64,000 nt of DNA, from NCBI RefSeq assembly GCF_009914755.1, contig NC_060930.1. One strand, written 5' to 3'. The stretch comes from the human T2T-CHM13v2.0 reference genome, Homo sapiens. Below are positions 15,671 through 28,265 of the stretch, one piece after another. Below the pieces are notes generated by a model. It searched no databases. It saw nothing but the letters and a program-made list of their open reading frames with translations, and was not told the DNA's origin. A program made the position numbers and the translations under genes. The stretch's first letter is position 1; each line of letters starts with the position of its first letter.

Positions 15671-15861
15671 CAGTTGTTTTTAAAGTGTGATCCCTTTAAG
15701 GGGACCCATATTAGTGCCACCTGGGAACTTGTTAGAAATGAGGATTCTCAGGACCCATCCAAACCTACTGAATCAGAATCTTTGAGATTGGGGCTCAGCC
15801 ATCTATGTTTTAATAAACTCTCCAGGTGAATCAGATGCACAGGAATGTTTAAGAGCCAGTG
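15671..15861 (+). mobile_element. MER5A hAT-Charlie MITE
   Basis: cacctgggaacttgttagaaatg..acctactgaatcagaatc..tccaggtgaatcagatgcac..gtttaagagccagtg. Confidence 0.9.
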
Positions 15862-15914
15862 GTTTCATTTATATATAATAATTGTGAAGGCAGAAATATG
15901 ATAGTGCTATAATC

Positions 15915-16200
15915 TGTCAATCAATCATTTGTTAAGAATCGATACAAAGCCCTGTGTTGGGTACTTTATTCTGTGAAAGATACAAGAGAACAAAAAGATA
16001 GTAAAATAAGCATTCTCTACCCTTGAGAAGATTGCAGTTGGGTTGGGGAAATTGGACCTACACCCATAAGAAGTTGTCTAATAATAGAAAATGATAAATA
16101 AGTAGGCAAGCTAAAATGTCTATTGGAGTTCAGGAGAGAATTCCCAATGGGAGAGCACAGACAGGAGATACTTTGTGGAGGACATAGAACTCAGAAACGA
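15915..16200 (-). mobile_element. L2 3' fragment
   Basis: tcaatcaatcatttgttaag..ccctgtgttgggtact..ccttgagaagattgcagtt. Confidence 0.55.
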
Positions 16201-16844
16201 GAACAGGTGGGAAATAGCAGGAACCAGGAGAGTCTAACTGGGGAGATAAGATCAATTTTCAGCAAACAATGAGTAGCAACTGAAGAGAACAGTGTTAATG
16301 CCAATAGGGCTCTGTATTGGTCTTATTGAAAAAAGGATCCAAGGTGAAATGTTTTCAAAACTTGAGATTAGACAAAATTAAACAAGTTTCTTTTACTGCA
16401 TATACTTCTCAGAGTCTTTAAAATGCTAAAGAGCAATGTGGTGCTCCAAGAAGGATTGTGGCATTTACCAGTTGACTTATGGTCCTTGGAGCAGCAGATG
16501 CCAAAATGGGATAAGATCCCTGAAAACACCTCTGAAGTGGAAAGCTCCTGAATCATCTCAGCTCTCATGGGGTTTACCAATGCATCCAGCATGCTGGCCA
16601 CCTCTTGCTTATCCTGTTCAACCCAATTATGTCATTGATCAAATGGATCAAAATGATGTTCTGTGGGATGTCCAGACAACCCAGATCTTTTTAGACTTTA
16701 TTATAAGAAATTATAGGAGAAAAGTCTAGCCTTGAGGCACAACTGTAAATAAATAGTATTGTTCATCCTCTGTGAATGACAACTGTTTGTGATTTTCTTT
16801 TCTATTTGTAATGAAAAACAGCATATTTACCAAAAGAATGTCAA

Positions 16845-17247
16845 CATATGACTTTTAAGGAGGTATCTGTAATAGTCAAGCTCATAGAAGCAGAGAATAC
16901 AGTAATGGGGCATTGTCACTTAATGAATATAAATTTCTTGTTAGAATAAATGAGTAAGTTCTAGAGATCTGCTGTAAAATATAGTGCCTATAGTTAGCAA
17001 TACAGTATTGTACACTTCAAAATTGTTAAGATGGTAGATCTCATGTTAAGTGTTCTTACCACAATAAAAACAAAAAATAAAACAAAGGGATACAAGGACA
17101 CTTGGGGAGGTGTTGCATATTTCTATTACCTTGATTGTAGTGATGGTATCATGGATGTTTGCACATATTCAAACTCATCAAATTGTACACATTAAATACA
17201 TGCAGCTCTTTGTATATCAATTATACCTCAATAAAGCCATTTAAAAA
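16845..17247 (+). mobile_element. L1MB/L1MA10-like 3' end inserted in ERVL RT
   Basis: ggtagatctcatgttaagtgttcttaccacaataaaa ... tatcaattatacctcaataaagc. Confidence 0.9.
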
Positions 17248-18800
17248 TCAGCAAAGCCTTTCTAATCTGCTTTAGCAATGCCACATCCAGCATAGCAGCT
17301 GAGATGAGGCATCTGGCGGAGTCTATGGTAGTCTATAGTCATTGTCCAGGTTCCATCTGGTTTCTGCAAGAGCTAGTTCAGAGAATGAAGTGGAGACATG
17401 ATACAGCATCGACCCTGCCTCCTTTAGGAATTTAGTGATGGCAATCAAGTTTAACAGTCTCCCACTCCCAGGATAAAAAATATTTTTAATTTACTAAATT
17501 TCGGCTAGAGGTGGGGGAAAGTCTCAGTGGTTGCTACTTGGTCTTTTCCAAGACCAGAGATCTAATACAGTGGTGACTTCAGCTGCCAAGTATGTTAGTA
17601 ACAATTGTACACTCAGGGACTGAAAAAATCACCATTGGGTAGGTCCATACACCTAGTGGGCCCACCTTAAAATGGACCTGAGATGAGACTTATTTATTAC
17701 TTGGTCATCACAAGCACCTACTTAAACAGAGAGGCTATAATAATGCTTTGGGTTTCTGAGTATCAACTTCAATTCAGACCTTATATTCAATTATCCTTGA
17801 GATGTATGGGCATTCCTTGTCCCCAGTGTACCATTATATGAATATATGGCAGAAGGACCAGGGAAACACTAAGTCCTTCCTCCCAGGAACCCAGCCAATT
17901 CCTCAGTAAGATGTTTCCAGATCTGAAAATTGGCTTAAGTCTGTGAACTGAGCAAAGGATAGTGACTTTCTATTGAGGTAATTCCCTTCAGCCATCCAAT
18001 CCTCCATTCTTACTTTCTGCATTTGTTACTGTAATTTCAGCTTCCTGGCTTAAGAGGAAAAGCACTCTTCCATGGCCTCTATTATTCGGGGCCCTATTAT
18101 CCTCATGGATATTAACAAGCCCATCTCTGTGACTCCTCTCCTAGACCAGGTCAGCAGAGCAGAGTTACCATTGGACAATTTTTGTGATACTAGTGTCCCT
18201 CTCACTAGTGTATTCCTGATAGTGGCTGGTGTGTCCACCAGGCTTCCCATTGAGTGCAATTCTCTGAGGGGTTGTCTAACTGCACATAATATATCCAGCA
18301 TAGCATGCCCACTTTGCTCAGCTCTTTATTCCTTTCTCTGTCATTTGCCAAGGCAACTCAAGCAACTCAAGCACATTCAGCATTGGTCATTGCTTTCTCT
18401 AGGCTTCTAAGAGCTACCCTAAAGTCAATATCCCCTGTCCCCCAGTGTTCTTGCTGGGATAGTAAATTCTGTGGACCCAAGTCAATGAATTCTTACTTAT
18501 TCAGCCTTAAATTATTACCCTCTCAATTAAGTTACCTCAAAATTCAATTACCCAGAGGTAATTCCCAGGGTCCTGCCAGTATAGGCTAGCTAATTCTTTC
18601 AGCTTTTTAGTATATCATCTCTTTCCTTGCTTATCAGACTCACTGTATTCCTAGCAGAGTTATACTGGGATGTAGCCTATTATCTGTCTGATGACTGCCA
18701 GTAGAGGAGGTATGGGGCAGTCCCTGAAGTGGGTATGACTGCATTGTTGGTGGGGAGGTCTCTGCTGCAATTTTAAGCATAAGAGAAGTGCTAACTCTCA

Positions 18801-19033
18801 CCGGGTATGGTGGCTCATGCCTGTAACCCCAGCAGTTTGGGAGGCCAAGGAAGGCAAATCACCTGAGGTCAGGAGTTTGAGACCATCCTGACCAACATGG
18901 AGAAACCCCATCTCTACTAAAAATACAAAATTAGCTGGGCATGGTGGCACACGTCTGTAATCCCAGCTACTCAGGAGGCTGAGGCAGGAGAATCGCTTGA
19001 ACCTGGGAGGTGAAGATTCGGCGAGCCAAAATC
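18801..19033 (+). mobile_element. AluSp, 3'-truncated (no poly-A tail)
   Basis: cctgaccaacatggagaaacccc is Sp-diagnostic; stops at gagccaaaatc. Confidence 0.9.
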
Positions 19034-19698
19034 TTTAACTGTTTCTAGGGAAGAGTGTACTACATCAGCAAACTTTGAGGTTTCAGAGGGTCTGCAGAGC
19101 TCACGTCCTCAGAGGCATCCATCCAAATGTCTTTATCTATGTTTCAGGGTTCCAGATTTTCCTGGAACTAAACTAAAATTTTCCTGGGACTTGAACTAAA
19201 CATAGATTTGCCTTGGCTGAGCATTAAAACATTTCTGGAGCTCTGCAACTCTAACAGTTAAGTCTTCAGCCTGCTGCTCATCTGTTTGTGCCGTTCACTG
19301 CAGGAGGTACTAGTCTCTTGGCAAGCTACCAGTAAAGCTCCCTTGCTCTCATCTTTTAGTCTTAAACTGCTTGTCATGGTTTTCAGTTTCTCATTATCCT
19401 TCTGCAGGGCATCAATCCAACTTAGCAATAACCAGACAATGCCTTATTCTCTAGAGATTGTTCCCATGATCTCTATCAAATGCCTTTGTGCTCACACCAG
19501 GCGTATTCCCCCATACATTTTTCCTAGATCACCATTAATAGTCTTTAGTCATTGGGTCACTGCCTCCTTCCAGGAACTCTGCATTGGCCATATATCATGC
19601 AGGAGCATGCATATATTCTTTGTCTTCTTGGCAGTAAGTGAGCCAGCATCCAAACTCTATTTTTCCATCTGTGTTCTTGTATTACTTCTGGGACCCCC

Positions 19699-20125
19699 TG
19701 TGATAGTTCAGCTGCTCTAAGAAGTACATGCCAAGATGGGATTAAGTATGCAAAATAATTTTTTGGTGGGGGGGATGGTGAAAGCATATGAAGGATAAGG
19801 GGAAGGGAGCATAAGGTGGAGAGAGACTTCAGGCCACAATGCAAATCTGAAATCTGTAAAAGAGAGGGAAAGAGGAGAACTGGGTAGAAAAAGAATCAAA
19901 TTGCTACGCAGTTCAAATAAAGTTTTGGTCAGGTTCATTTGGAACCATGAGTCAAAATTGTCCATTAGAAGCATCCTGTGTCTTGTATTAGTTCTTTTGC
20001 TCTGCTCATTTCTTGGCTGTTAGAAACTCATAGGGAAACATGAGATTCCCCATGTCTCAGGGCAGACATGGTGGTGGTTCTGTGTTCCCACCAGAGATCT
20101 GAGTGGTGCATTTCATGGCTGCGAA
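19699..20125 (-). mobile_element. LTR16-family 5' LTR of the ERVL element
   Basis: tgtgatagttc..gccaagatgggatta..gaaggataagggga..ttcaggccacaatgca..gagatctgagtggtgcatttcatggctgc; directly abuts the ERVL internal region. Confidence 0.75.
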
Positions 20126-20406
20126 AGGTCTTGCATTTTCAAACTTCTTTGATCATGGACTTTACCTGTAAAACATCTTTAAGGGATGTTCAGTGAAATA
20201 TACTTTTTAAAACTCTGGGCTTTATATTTGTGTTAAAATTTGAGTTGCTGATATAAATTAACTTAGGAGTGCACATGATACCTCTTTTAATGTCTGTGGT
20301 TTTCACTGCTTTTCTTTGGTCAAGAGAATGCTCTGTATTTTTACCGTATTTTAAAACAAAGGTCTATATAATAGATTACTATTTACCAGAAAATGTTCAA
20401 GGATTC

Positions 20407-20761
20407 TGTTTCAGTCAGCTCAGGCTGCTATAACAACATGATAAATTTGGTGGGTTAAACAACAGGTATTTTATTGCTCACAATGGAGTCTGAGAAGTCC
20501 AGGATTAAAGTGCCTGCCAATTTGGTGTCTGCTGAGGACCCTCTTCTGGGATTGCAGAGGGCCATCTTGCTATATCCTCACATAGCAGAGACAGAGATCA
20601 TCTCTCTCATATCTCTTTTAGGGACACTAATTCCATTCAGAAGAGTTCCACATTTATGACCTAATTACTTACCAAAGGCCACACCTCCAAATTCCATCAC
20701 ATTGGGGATTATGGCTTTAGCATAAGAATTTTGGAGAGACGCAAACATTCAGTCCATATCA
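20407..20761 (-). mobile_element. MLT1A/MLT1A0 solo LTR
   Basis: gctcaggctgctataaca..gagaagtccaggattaaagtgcctgc..atgacctaattac..caaacattcagtccata. Confidence 0.85.
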
Positions 20762-20799
20762 ATTGTTCTATATGTTAACTTGTAACAGTACATTTGAGA

Positions 20800-20980
20800 C
20801 AGGCACTCTTATTATCACCACTTTACAAGTGAAGAGGCTAAGGCTTCAAGAAGTTACATGACTTGCCTAAAAATCACATAGCTAGTAAGTGATTGTGCCA
20901 CTTGTAAGTTGTGCAACTTGTAAGTTGAACCCACAATGTCTGGCTCCAGAGTCAGTGCTCTCAACCGCTGTGCAATGCTG
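20800..20980 (-). mobile_element. MIR
   Basis: ttattatcaccactttacaagtgaagaggctaaggct..tgacttgcc..tcacatagctagtaagtg..tctggctccagagtc. Confidence 0.85.
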
Positions 20981-21344
20981 CCATGTGGGCATTCCTGTGT
21001 TGTCTATGGCTCTGCAGAAGAGTTTTGGAAGCTAATGCTGAACATGACTTAGCAGGTTATTGTTAATGAAGGACCCTGAGTGGCTGGTGCAACGTAACTT
21101 GGATGACTCAGATAAGTGGGACTCTGATAGCCAGAGAGTGCATCCCCCAATGAACACATGTAGAAATATGCACTCCATAAATATATATTATTTCCACCAT
21201 GGATAAATACATATATAAACCTGTATGCACATGCTTCATACACATCAATATATCATGTAGCTATCCCATGCCTTATAATATGTTCATTTTAAGTATACAC
21301 AGTCAGAACATTTTTAGTATTCCCATAAATGTATTAGTAACTGG

Positions 21345-21580
21345 TTAGTATGGGATCTGTCGGGTTTGAAGCCATACAGACTTTTACTCTAATTAGCAGT
21401 GGGATCTTCAGCAGGTATTTTTACATCTTTGAGCTTCAGTTGTCTCATCAATAAAAGCAGCTATCATCATACCTATCTCACAGGGTTGCTCTGAAGATCA
21501 CATGAGAGAAGAGAAGTAAAACTGCCTAACACAGCTCCAGTACTCAGGAGAGCAGTGAACATTGTGTTAACTTGAATTAA
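21345..21580 (+). mobile_element. MIR
   Basis: ctttgagcttcagttgtctcatc..acctatctcacagggttgctctgaagat. Confidence 0.75.
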
Positions 21581-21914
21581 ATATCATTTACAATTCTTAA
21601 CACGATGGAGGTTTCTAATGATTATTAATAAAATGAACGTGGATTATGTTAACCTGAGCTGGTTTCAAAATATGTACCCTGCAGTTTAAGTCCAGCCTTC
21701 TCGTTTTTCTCTAGGCTAAAATCTTCAGGGGTCCTGAATTATCTTCTTAGCACTCTCACTGGTCAGCTGTGTGATTCTAGACAAGCAACTTTCCACTATT
21801 GTTTCTGAGTTGAGATTCTCGGATTCAGTACCATGGAGAAGTGCTGGGTTGGCTGCAAGAACTTCAGCAGAAAACTTTTTAAAAATTAGTCGAAGGCTCT
21901 ACCTCAGTGATTCT

Positions 21915-22258
21915 GTCTGATAGCATTTTATTCCTTAGGATAATGCTAGCTACTGTAAGAAATAAATCCCTGAATTGGCCGGGCGCGGTGGCTCACGTTT
22001 GTAATCCCAGCACTTTGGGAGGCCAAGGCGGGCGGATCACGAGGTCAGGAGAGAGAGACAATCCTGGCTAACACGGTGAAACCCCGTCTCACTAAAAATA
22101 CAAAAAATTAGCCGGGCGTGGTGCCGGGCGCCTGTAGTCCCAGCTACTGGGGAGGCTGAGGCAGGAGAATGGCATGAACCCGGGAGGCGGAGCTTGCAGT
22201 GAGCCAAGATAGCGCCACATCACTCCAGCCTGGGGGACAGAGAGACTCCGTCTCAAAA

Positions 22259-22297
<39 letters not shown>

Positions 22298-22685
22298 ATC
22301 CCTGAATGTTAGTGGTTTAATGCAGAGGAGTTTATTTCCTGGTCATGTAACAGTCTGATGAAGGGGTTACTGCCATTTGTGCCGCTATTCCCTCTGTCGG
22401 GGGTTCATCTTCTTTCATGTTGTTGCTCTGTCCTCCACCAGGGCATTAGAGTCCTCTGTTTCCAGCTAGCAGACATAGAAAAGTGAATGTAGGAGTGCAT
22501 GCAAAGTGAGGCACATCTCTTTCTCTTAGATTCATCAACTAGAACTTAGCCTAATTGTGCACCTAGGCTCAAGGGGCTGTGGGAGATGTAGACTCTGACT
22601 AGATAGTCCTATTTCAGGGACAGTTTTATGCTCAAAGGAGGAGAACTCATTTCTTTTGTGAACCTCCAGCTTTCTCTACCATGGC
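21915..22685 (-). mobile_element. MLT1K-like LTR split by AluY
   Basis: aggataatgctagctactgtaa[Alu]..ttagtggtttaa..gtttatttc..aactagaacttag..aaggggctgtgggagatgtag..tctctaccat. Confidence 0.6.
21977..22299 (+). mobile_element. AluY with (TAAA)n tail
   Basis: ggccgggcgcggtggctcacg..ggatcacgaggtcagga..tcctggctaacacggtg..gcggagcttgcag; many CpGs retained; TSD aaataaatccctgaat on both sides. Confidence 0.97.
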
Positions 22686-25674
22686 CAGACTTGTGACTCA
22701 GTGAACTTGATGGCACCCAAGATAATCAGACTATATGCCTAAAGCACAGTATGTATAGAGGAATCTTACTTAACCATTGTTTAACAAGGGTTGTAAAACT
22801 TTTGGAAACTCTGAAACTTGAACTCGTATCCTACATTTGAATTCCACGGCAAAGAGAAAACCAGAAAATATTATGAAAAACTTTATCTCTCATGTAAATT
22901 CCCACAATGTTGGATGTTGGAGCATTAATTGCTGTCACCCTTTGCTAATTCCCTTATCCTTTGGGTATGTGGATAGCAAAAATCTTTTCAAATAAAAAGA
23001 AGTATTTTATTTCAATCACTATACCAACGTTTTATAAGAATAAATTCACTTGTTCTTCAGCACATGTAGATTGTGTTATTTTTGAATATAATGTTCTTAT
23101 TGAGTGTTAATTATATGCACCTACACTTTCAAAGAAGTGATAACTAGATACTGTCAAACTGATAACAGCCAGTCTTCTCTCTAGCTTTATGCATGTGTTA
23201 ATTTATAAGGTGGATTAGCAGGAACTTCACAAGCCCTTTATTTTTGGTCTGCTTGGAGATGAGAGCGATGAAAGAAAAAAATGCAGATATATTGCTTCTG
23301 TTTAAAAATTCGTAATAAGACAATGGGCAGAAGTGCTCTAGCACAGAAGTTTCTATTGATGAAAGCATTTGCCAATTTACCCTAATTTCCTGAACGTTTA
23401 CGGTTAGCAAAGAAAGTACACATAAGCACAGAAAAATCTATTTTTATTTTTCTATGATTTTCTTAATTTACACCCTTTAATTTGGAAAAGACCCATTTAA
23501 CTGTGCTTAAAATTATTTGCAGGGCACGGTCTATTGTTAACATTTTCATGTAACTTCATAGGGTCCAATGAAATGGGTGCAGAAGGTGTAGCCCAGGTAT
23601 CACATTTATAGATGGGCCTGGTATTAGAATATGCCATGTCCATGTTCAGAACTTCATTTTTAAATAAATTTCTTGAAATTTATGATGATTCAGAAGTAAT
23701 TCAGATTTAATTTAAATGTTTCTTATAAGGTTTGCTAAATAAAATACTGCCAAAAAGGTTGGAAGAGTATATTGAACTTTAAAGCAATTTAGAAGCCTTA
23801 GTTGTGTGCTTTTGGGATGCTCAGGTTCATGGGCAAACACAGCAGGGGCACTTTTGTGCACGCAGAGTTCTGAAACAGCGCTAAGGGAACAGACCCAATG
23901 TGTAAGGCAGGGGCCTTATTTTCAGCCACTCTATGGCTGCCCTTGAAATTCATGTAATGCTTTAAGATATATCCTCACATTCTATGAGGACATGGGCTTT
24001 GTTTCATAGGGTCCTTGAATTTCAGTAGAGTTGGCCCCTTTACAGTGTTATGTAATATTTTGTTATTGAATGAATATATGAAAATGCATGCATCAAAAAT
24101 GTCCAATGACTTCATTTATATTCTGCATTTAATCTATTTCTAATTAGTGAACTTTTAAGTAATGTGAAAAGTGGCTTCAGGATAGTTTGGGGTTCAATTG
24201 AGGACATGTTTTAGAGTAAAAAATATCTATAATACTCAAAGATTTTGTTAGAAAATGACAAAGGAGGTCATTGAGTTATGGTCCCTTTTTCCACAAAGCT
24301 AATTTCTTTCTTTATTGTGAACTACTGTTTAATATTCTTTCATAGCATACAAAATTTATTTTAAAAGATAATGTTCATTTTATGGAAAACTTTATGGTGT
24401 TCTGGCTTTTTCTATTTATTTTCCTCATTCCTTTTTGAGGACTGATTTAACTCAGCATGTATGTTTCAGATGAGTGAATATTTAGGAAGCAAATTCTTAA
24501 TAGCTAGATGATCTGACAGTGGATATTCGAAAGGGTAAAGCAACGGAAATAACATGGTGAACATTTCAGGATCCTGGTGAATTATTATGCGGAAAGTTTT
24601 TGAAAATTTATTTTTCGTTAAGTTAGTCTGAACCTGAATTGTTATCATAACAATGCAGCATATTCTTCTGTCTAAGGAGGTAAGTGAAATCAGATTTAAA
24701 AACTCAATAACTATACTTAGAAATGGCACATTAAAACTTAATTTTATTTTCTCCCTTTTAAGCAAGACTCAGCCCTTTGTCTACTTTCAATCCTGTTCTG
24801 GGGCACACACTTTTTCTGAAGGCAAGCTGAGAGCACTTTGCATTGTAAGCAAACTGAGGTTCAGCCTTACCCTGCCCCTGTCCTGATTAATATTTGGACA
24901 TTTACCTGGTTCTCCTTTTCCCACATGCTCCAAGCAAAAACTTGCAGGCATGTGCAGAGTCACAGGCAGGCTCTCCCAGGGAGGCGGGAGCAGAGGTCCA
25001 CTAGCAGGCAGCATCATCATGTTCTCTTGATCTCTATAGGTTCTGGGACCTTTAAACCTAGGTGGAAGGTGATTAAAGAAAGGAAGAGATTGATGTATGT
25101 CGTAGCAGAGAAAGAGAAGTGGGGACATCTGCCAAGCATGGTCAGCATGGTTTCCTATATCCTAGGAAAGCTAATCAGGACCGTTTCTGTAGGACCTGTA
25201 TCATTTGAAATCTTTTCTGCTTTTGAGTTTAAGGCAGAAAGATGTAGTCAGGAGAAACAGATAGAGAAGCAGGAGGTAAGCCCAATGGCTTGTGGGGGAA
25301 GAGAATGTTTACAGTGTACACTTGATAGGGAAGGCAATTTTATTCCTGTCTTCCCAGATCATCCCCACTTCTAGTTCCTTACTTTGTTGCTAGATGCTCC
25401 CATGAGAGGAAGAAGGAGTTGCTATCCCAGGCCTGGGATCTTGATACTGTCAGTTGCCAGGGTTATCATTCCTTAATATTACAAAGTTATGCCTATTTAT
25501 TATTATCTTCCTGGTTTTATGCAGCAGAGTGGGCAAGTGGTCTTAGGGTCTCAGGGAGCTTGATTAAGAGGCAGCCTCATTCTTGTATTCTCTGTCTCTC
25601 TGTCTCTTTCTCCCCCTAAAATCTACTTGATCTTAGATACAGACTTGGATGTTTGTTAGTTTCTTCAAATAGTG

Positions 25675-26585
25675 TTTTTTTTTTTCTTTTTAAGTTTTAT
25701 TTTAGGTTTGATGGTACATATGAAGGTTTGTTACATAAACACATGTCATGGGGGTTTGTTGTACAGATTATCTCATCACCCAGGTATTAACCCCAGTACC
25801 CAATCTTTTGGGTACTTTTGGGTACCCAGTTATCTTTTCTGCTCCTCTCTCTTCTCTCACCCTCTCCACTAGAGTAGACCCCAGAGTCTGTTGTTTCTTT
25901 CTTTGTGTTCATTAGTTCTTATCATTTAGCTCCCACTTATAAATAAGAACATGTGGTATTTGGTTTTCTGTTCCTGCATTAATTTGCTAAGGAAAATAGC
26001 CTCCAGCCCCATCCATGTTCCCACAAAAGACATGATCTCATTCTTTCTAATGACTGCATAGTATTCCATGGAGTATAGGTACCACATTTTCTTTATCTAA
26101 TCTGTCATTGATGGGCATTTAGGTTGATTCCATGTCTTTGCTATTGTGAATAGTGCTGCAATAAACATTCATGTGCATGTGTCTTTATGGCAGAATGATT
26201 TACTATTTATATTCCTGTGGGTATATACCCAGTAATGGGGTTGCTGGGTCAAATGGTAGTATACTTTAAGCTCTTTGAGGAATTCACCATACTGCTTTCT
26301 ACAATGGTTGAATTAATTTACACTCCCACCAACAGTGTATAAGTGTTTGTAATAACAACTCATTGTGGTTTTGATTTGCACTTCTTTAATGGTCAGTAAT
26401 ATAGAGCTTTTATTTTCTTGCTTGTTGGCCACATGTATGTCTTCTTTTGAGAAGTGTCTGTTCATGTCCTTTGCCCATTTTTTAACGGGGTTGTTTGTTT
26501 TTTCTCTTGTAAATTTGTTTAAGTTTCTTATAGATGCTGGATATTGGACCATTGTCAGATGAATAGTTTGGAAATATTTTCTCCA
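25675..26585 (-). mobile_element. L1PA (about PA13-16) 3' end, 5'-truncated
   Basis: polyT-ggtacatatgaaggtttgttacat..tttagctcccacttata..; ORF2 C-terminal peptide [20 protein letters not shown] (26313-26552). Confidence 0.95.
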
Positions 26586-26799
26586 TCAGAGCTCTGTATT
26601 AGCTACTTGCATAGTTACTAGTTAAGTAGTACTTCAATTCCTATTTTTCTGCAGAGAGGAGTAATGGGCAGGAAAAGCTAGAGACACCCCCAGATATTTG
26701 GCCATAATACTATCACACACCACCCAAACCCCATCTTTTAAAATAGGCAACTAAAAGTATAGAAAGACAATTTGTTTTGATGAGAGGGGGAAGAAGATA

Positions 26800-26990
26800 T
26801 TTGGGGTCAAACAGACATGTGTTTGAATCCTTGCCTAAACTTAGTGACTAGTTATTTATTACATTTTAAGTTGTTGGTCTGAGCCTATTTTATTATCCCT
26901 AAAATGGGGTTTGTAATATTTTCCCTGAAGAGTTGTTGTAAAAGTCGCACCTAGTACATTCCATTCTTTGATATATAATAGACATGAATT
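26800..26990 (+). mobile_element. MIR fragment
   Basis: ttggggtcaaacagacatgtgtttgaatcc..ctgagcct..taaaatgggg..gagttgttgtaa. Confidence 0.65.
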
Positions 26991-28089
26991 TATAGGCATT
27001 TTTATCTAATCAGCTTCTGAGATTTTTCCCTCCTTTCCCCTCTTGCAAAAGACCTCTTTCTCTCTTTCATACACAACAACCCTCAGGCTGCCTGTCATCT
27101 TTCTCTGACTTCTCTTTTTTTCTTAAAGGTTGCCCTGATTCACTGTCATCAGACTTCATTTGTATATACCTACAGGCAGTTGAGGGCTGAGTAAAATAGA
27201 AGGACATAAGTCTTGTGGGCTTACAGCGACTTAGATAATACAGGCATATGACATAGGTCACCTCTCTGTCAGGCGACTTCATGATCCTTGTTGGTAACCC
27301 AAGAAGGCTAATGGCATAACATGCTTTCAAACTGATAATTCTTACATATCTTTTCAACTTTTATTTAGAGTGAACAGGTGATGTTTCTATTGAAAAAAAT
27401 GTATATTTTTTTCTGTGTATAATGTAGTTTGTTGTATGTAATGAAGCAGTAAAAATTGTTTTAGAATTATCTTTCATTTCACAATTTTAAGTCATTCTTA
27501 AACAAGTAACATTGGTTATTCATACAGACAAAGTGTTAAATATGTTCCCCTTTCCACCTCTTTATCTGGCTATTAAAAATATCATCTAAATAGATACTTA
27601 ACCTTATTTCTGGACTCTGCCAATCTTTCTTCATTCTACTCATGTCGGGGTCTTGATCATTTATTGTCATTATGCATTTTGAAGTTGTTAGGAATTTTAC
27701 CTTTGAATTTCACATATATACGTATTTATACATATATGTATGAAATGCACACACACATAAACAGACACACACAAATAGTTCTCCCTAGAAGAAAGATAAA
27801 TTACTGGCAGTATTTTGTCAATAATAATAATTCATTTTGTGTTGCAATTTTGAATAATCTCCAGCTCTCAGTTTAATTTTTCCTCTTAAATTTTTATAAA
27901 TGCCAGTGATTATAAACAGCATAGTTTATTTCTTTAAAAACCCAAGATGACCTGACTAAATAAATGAAATTTTGAAAATCTGTAAAAATGATATAAAAAT
28001 GTCATCTATGAGTAAAAATATTAATGATACATACTAACCTTAACATATTACTTTATAATTTCTTTATAGTTACAAAACGATATCATATT

Positions 28090-28265
28090 TATTACTCTAT
28101 TCCTGACAGCAAACCTATAAATTAGTTATTATTAATATTTTAGACAAGAAATAGAGACCTAAGTCATTTCATTTATCTAAGAGTATGAAGCTAAAGGTTG
28201 GCATGACCAGGACTGAAATCTAAATCCTTTAGATCCAAATCCTATGCTCTTTCCTGTGACCATGT
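28090..28265 (-). mobile_element. MIR fragment
   Basis: caaacctataaattagttattatt..ttttagacaagaaatagagac..ccaggactgaaatcta..ccaaatcctatgctcttt. Confidence 0.65.

Larger units (their letters stand above)
16430..19698 (-). mobile_element. ERVL (class III, ERV3-16A3-like) internal region: degenerate gag, protease and RT; interrupted by L1MB and AluSp
   Basis: Minus-strand peptides: gag DTPATIRNTLVRG..VTEMGLLISM (18050-18301); RT LQKPDGTWTMTIDYHRL (about 17320-17370), LFTVVPQG (about 16730-16755) and DIPQNIILIHLIND..EVASMLDALV (16570-16680), all matching ERVL Gag/Pol motifs. Confidence 0.85.

Noticed and set aside
19286-19720. 144-aa plus-strand ORF
   Set aside because: Antisense to the decayed ERVL gag/leader; not a gene.
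21977-22254. CpG-dense segment as a possible CpG island or promoter
   Set aside because: Entirely a young AluY; there is no CpG island elsewhere in the window.
24996-25013. CTCF-like CCACTAGCAGGCAGC
   Set aside because: Two mismatches in the high-information central G-run; too weak to call.
24838-25374. Longest ORF (178 aa)
   Set aside because: Non-ATG start, no recognisable domain and no promoter context; an ORF of this length can arise by chance in 64 kb across six frames.
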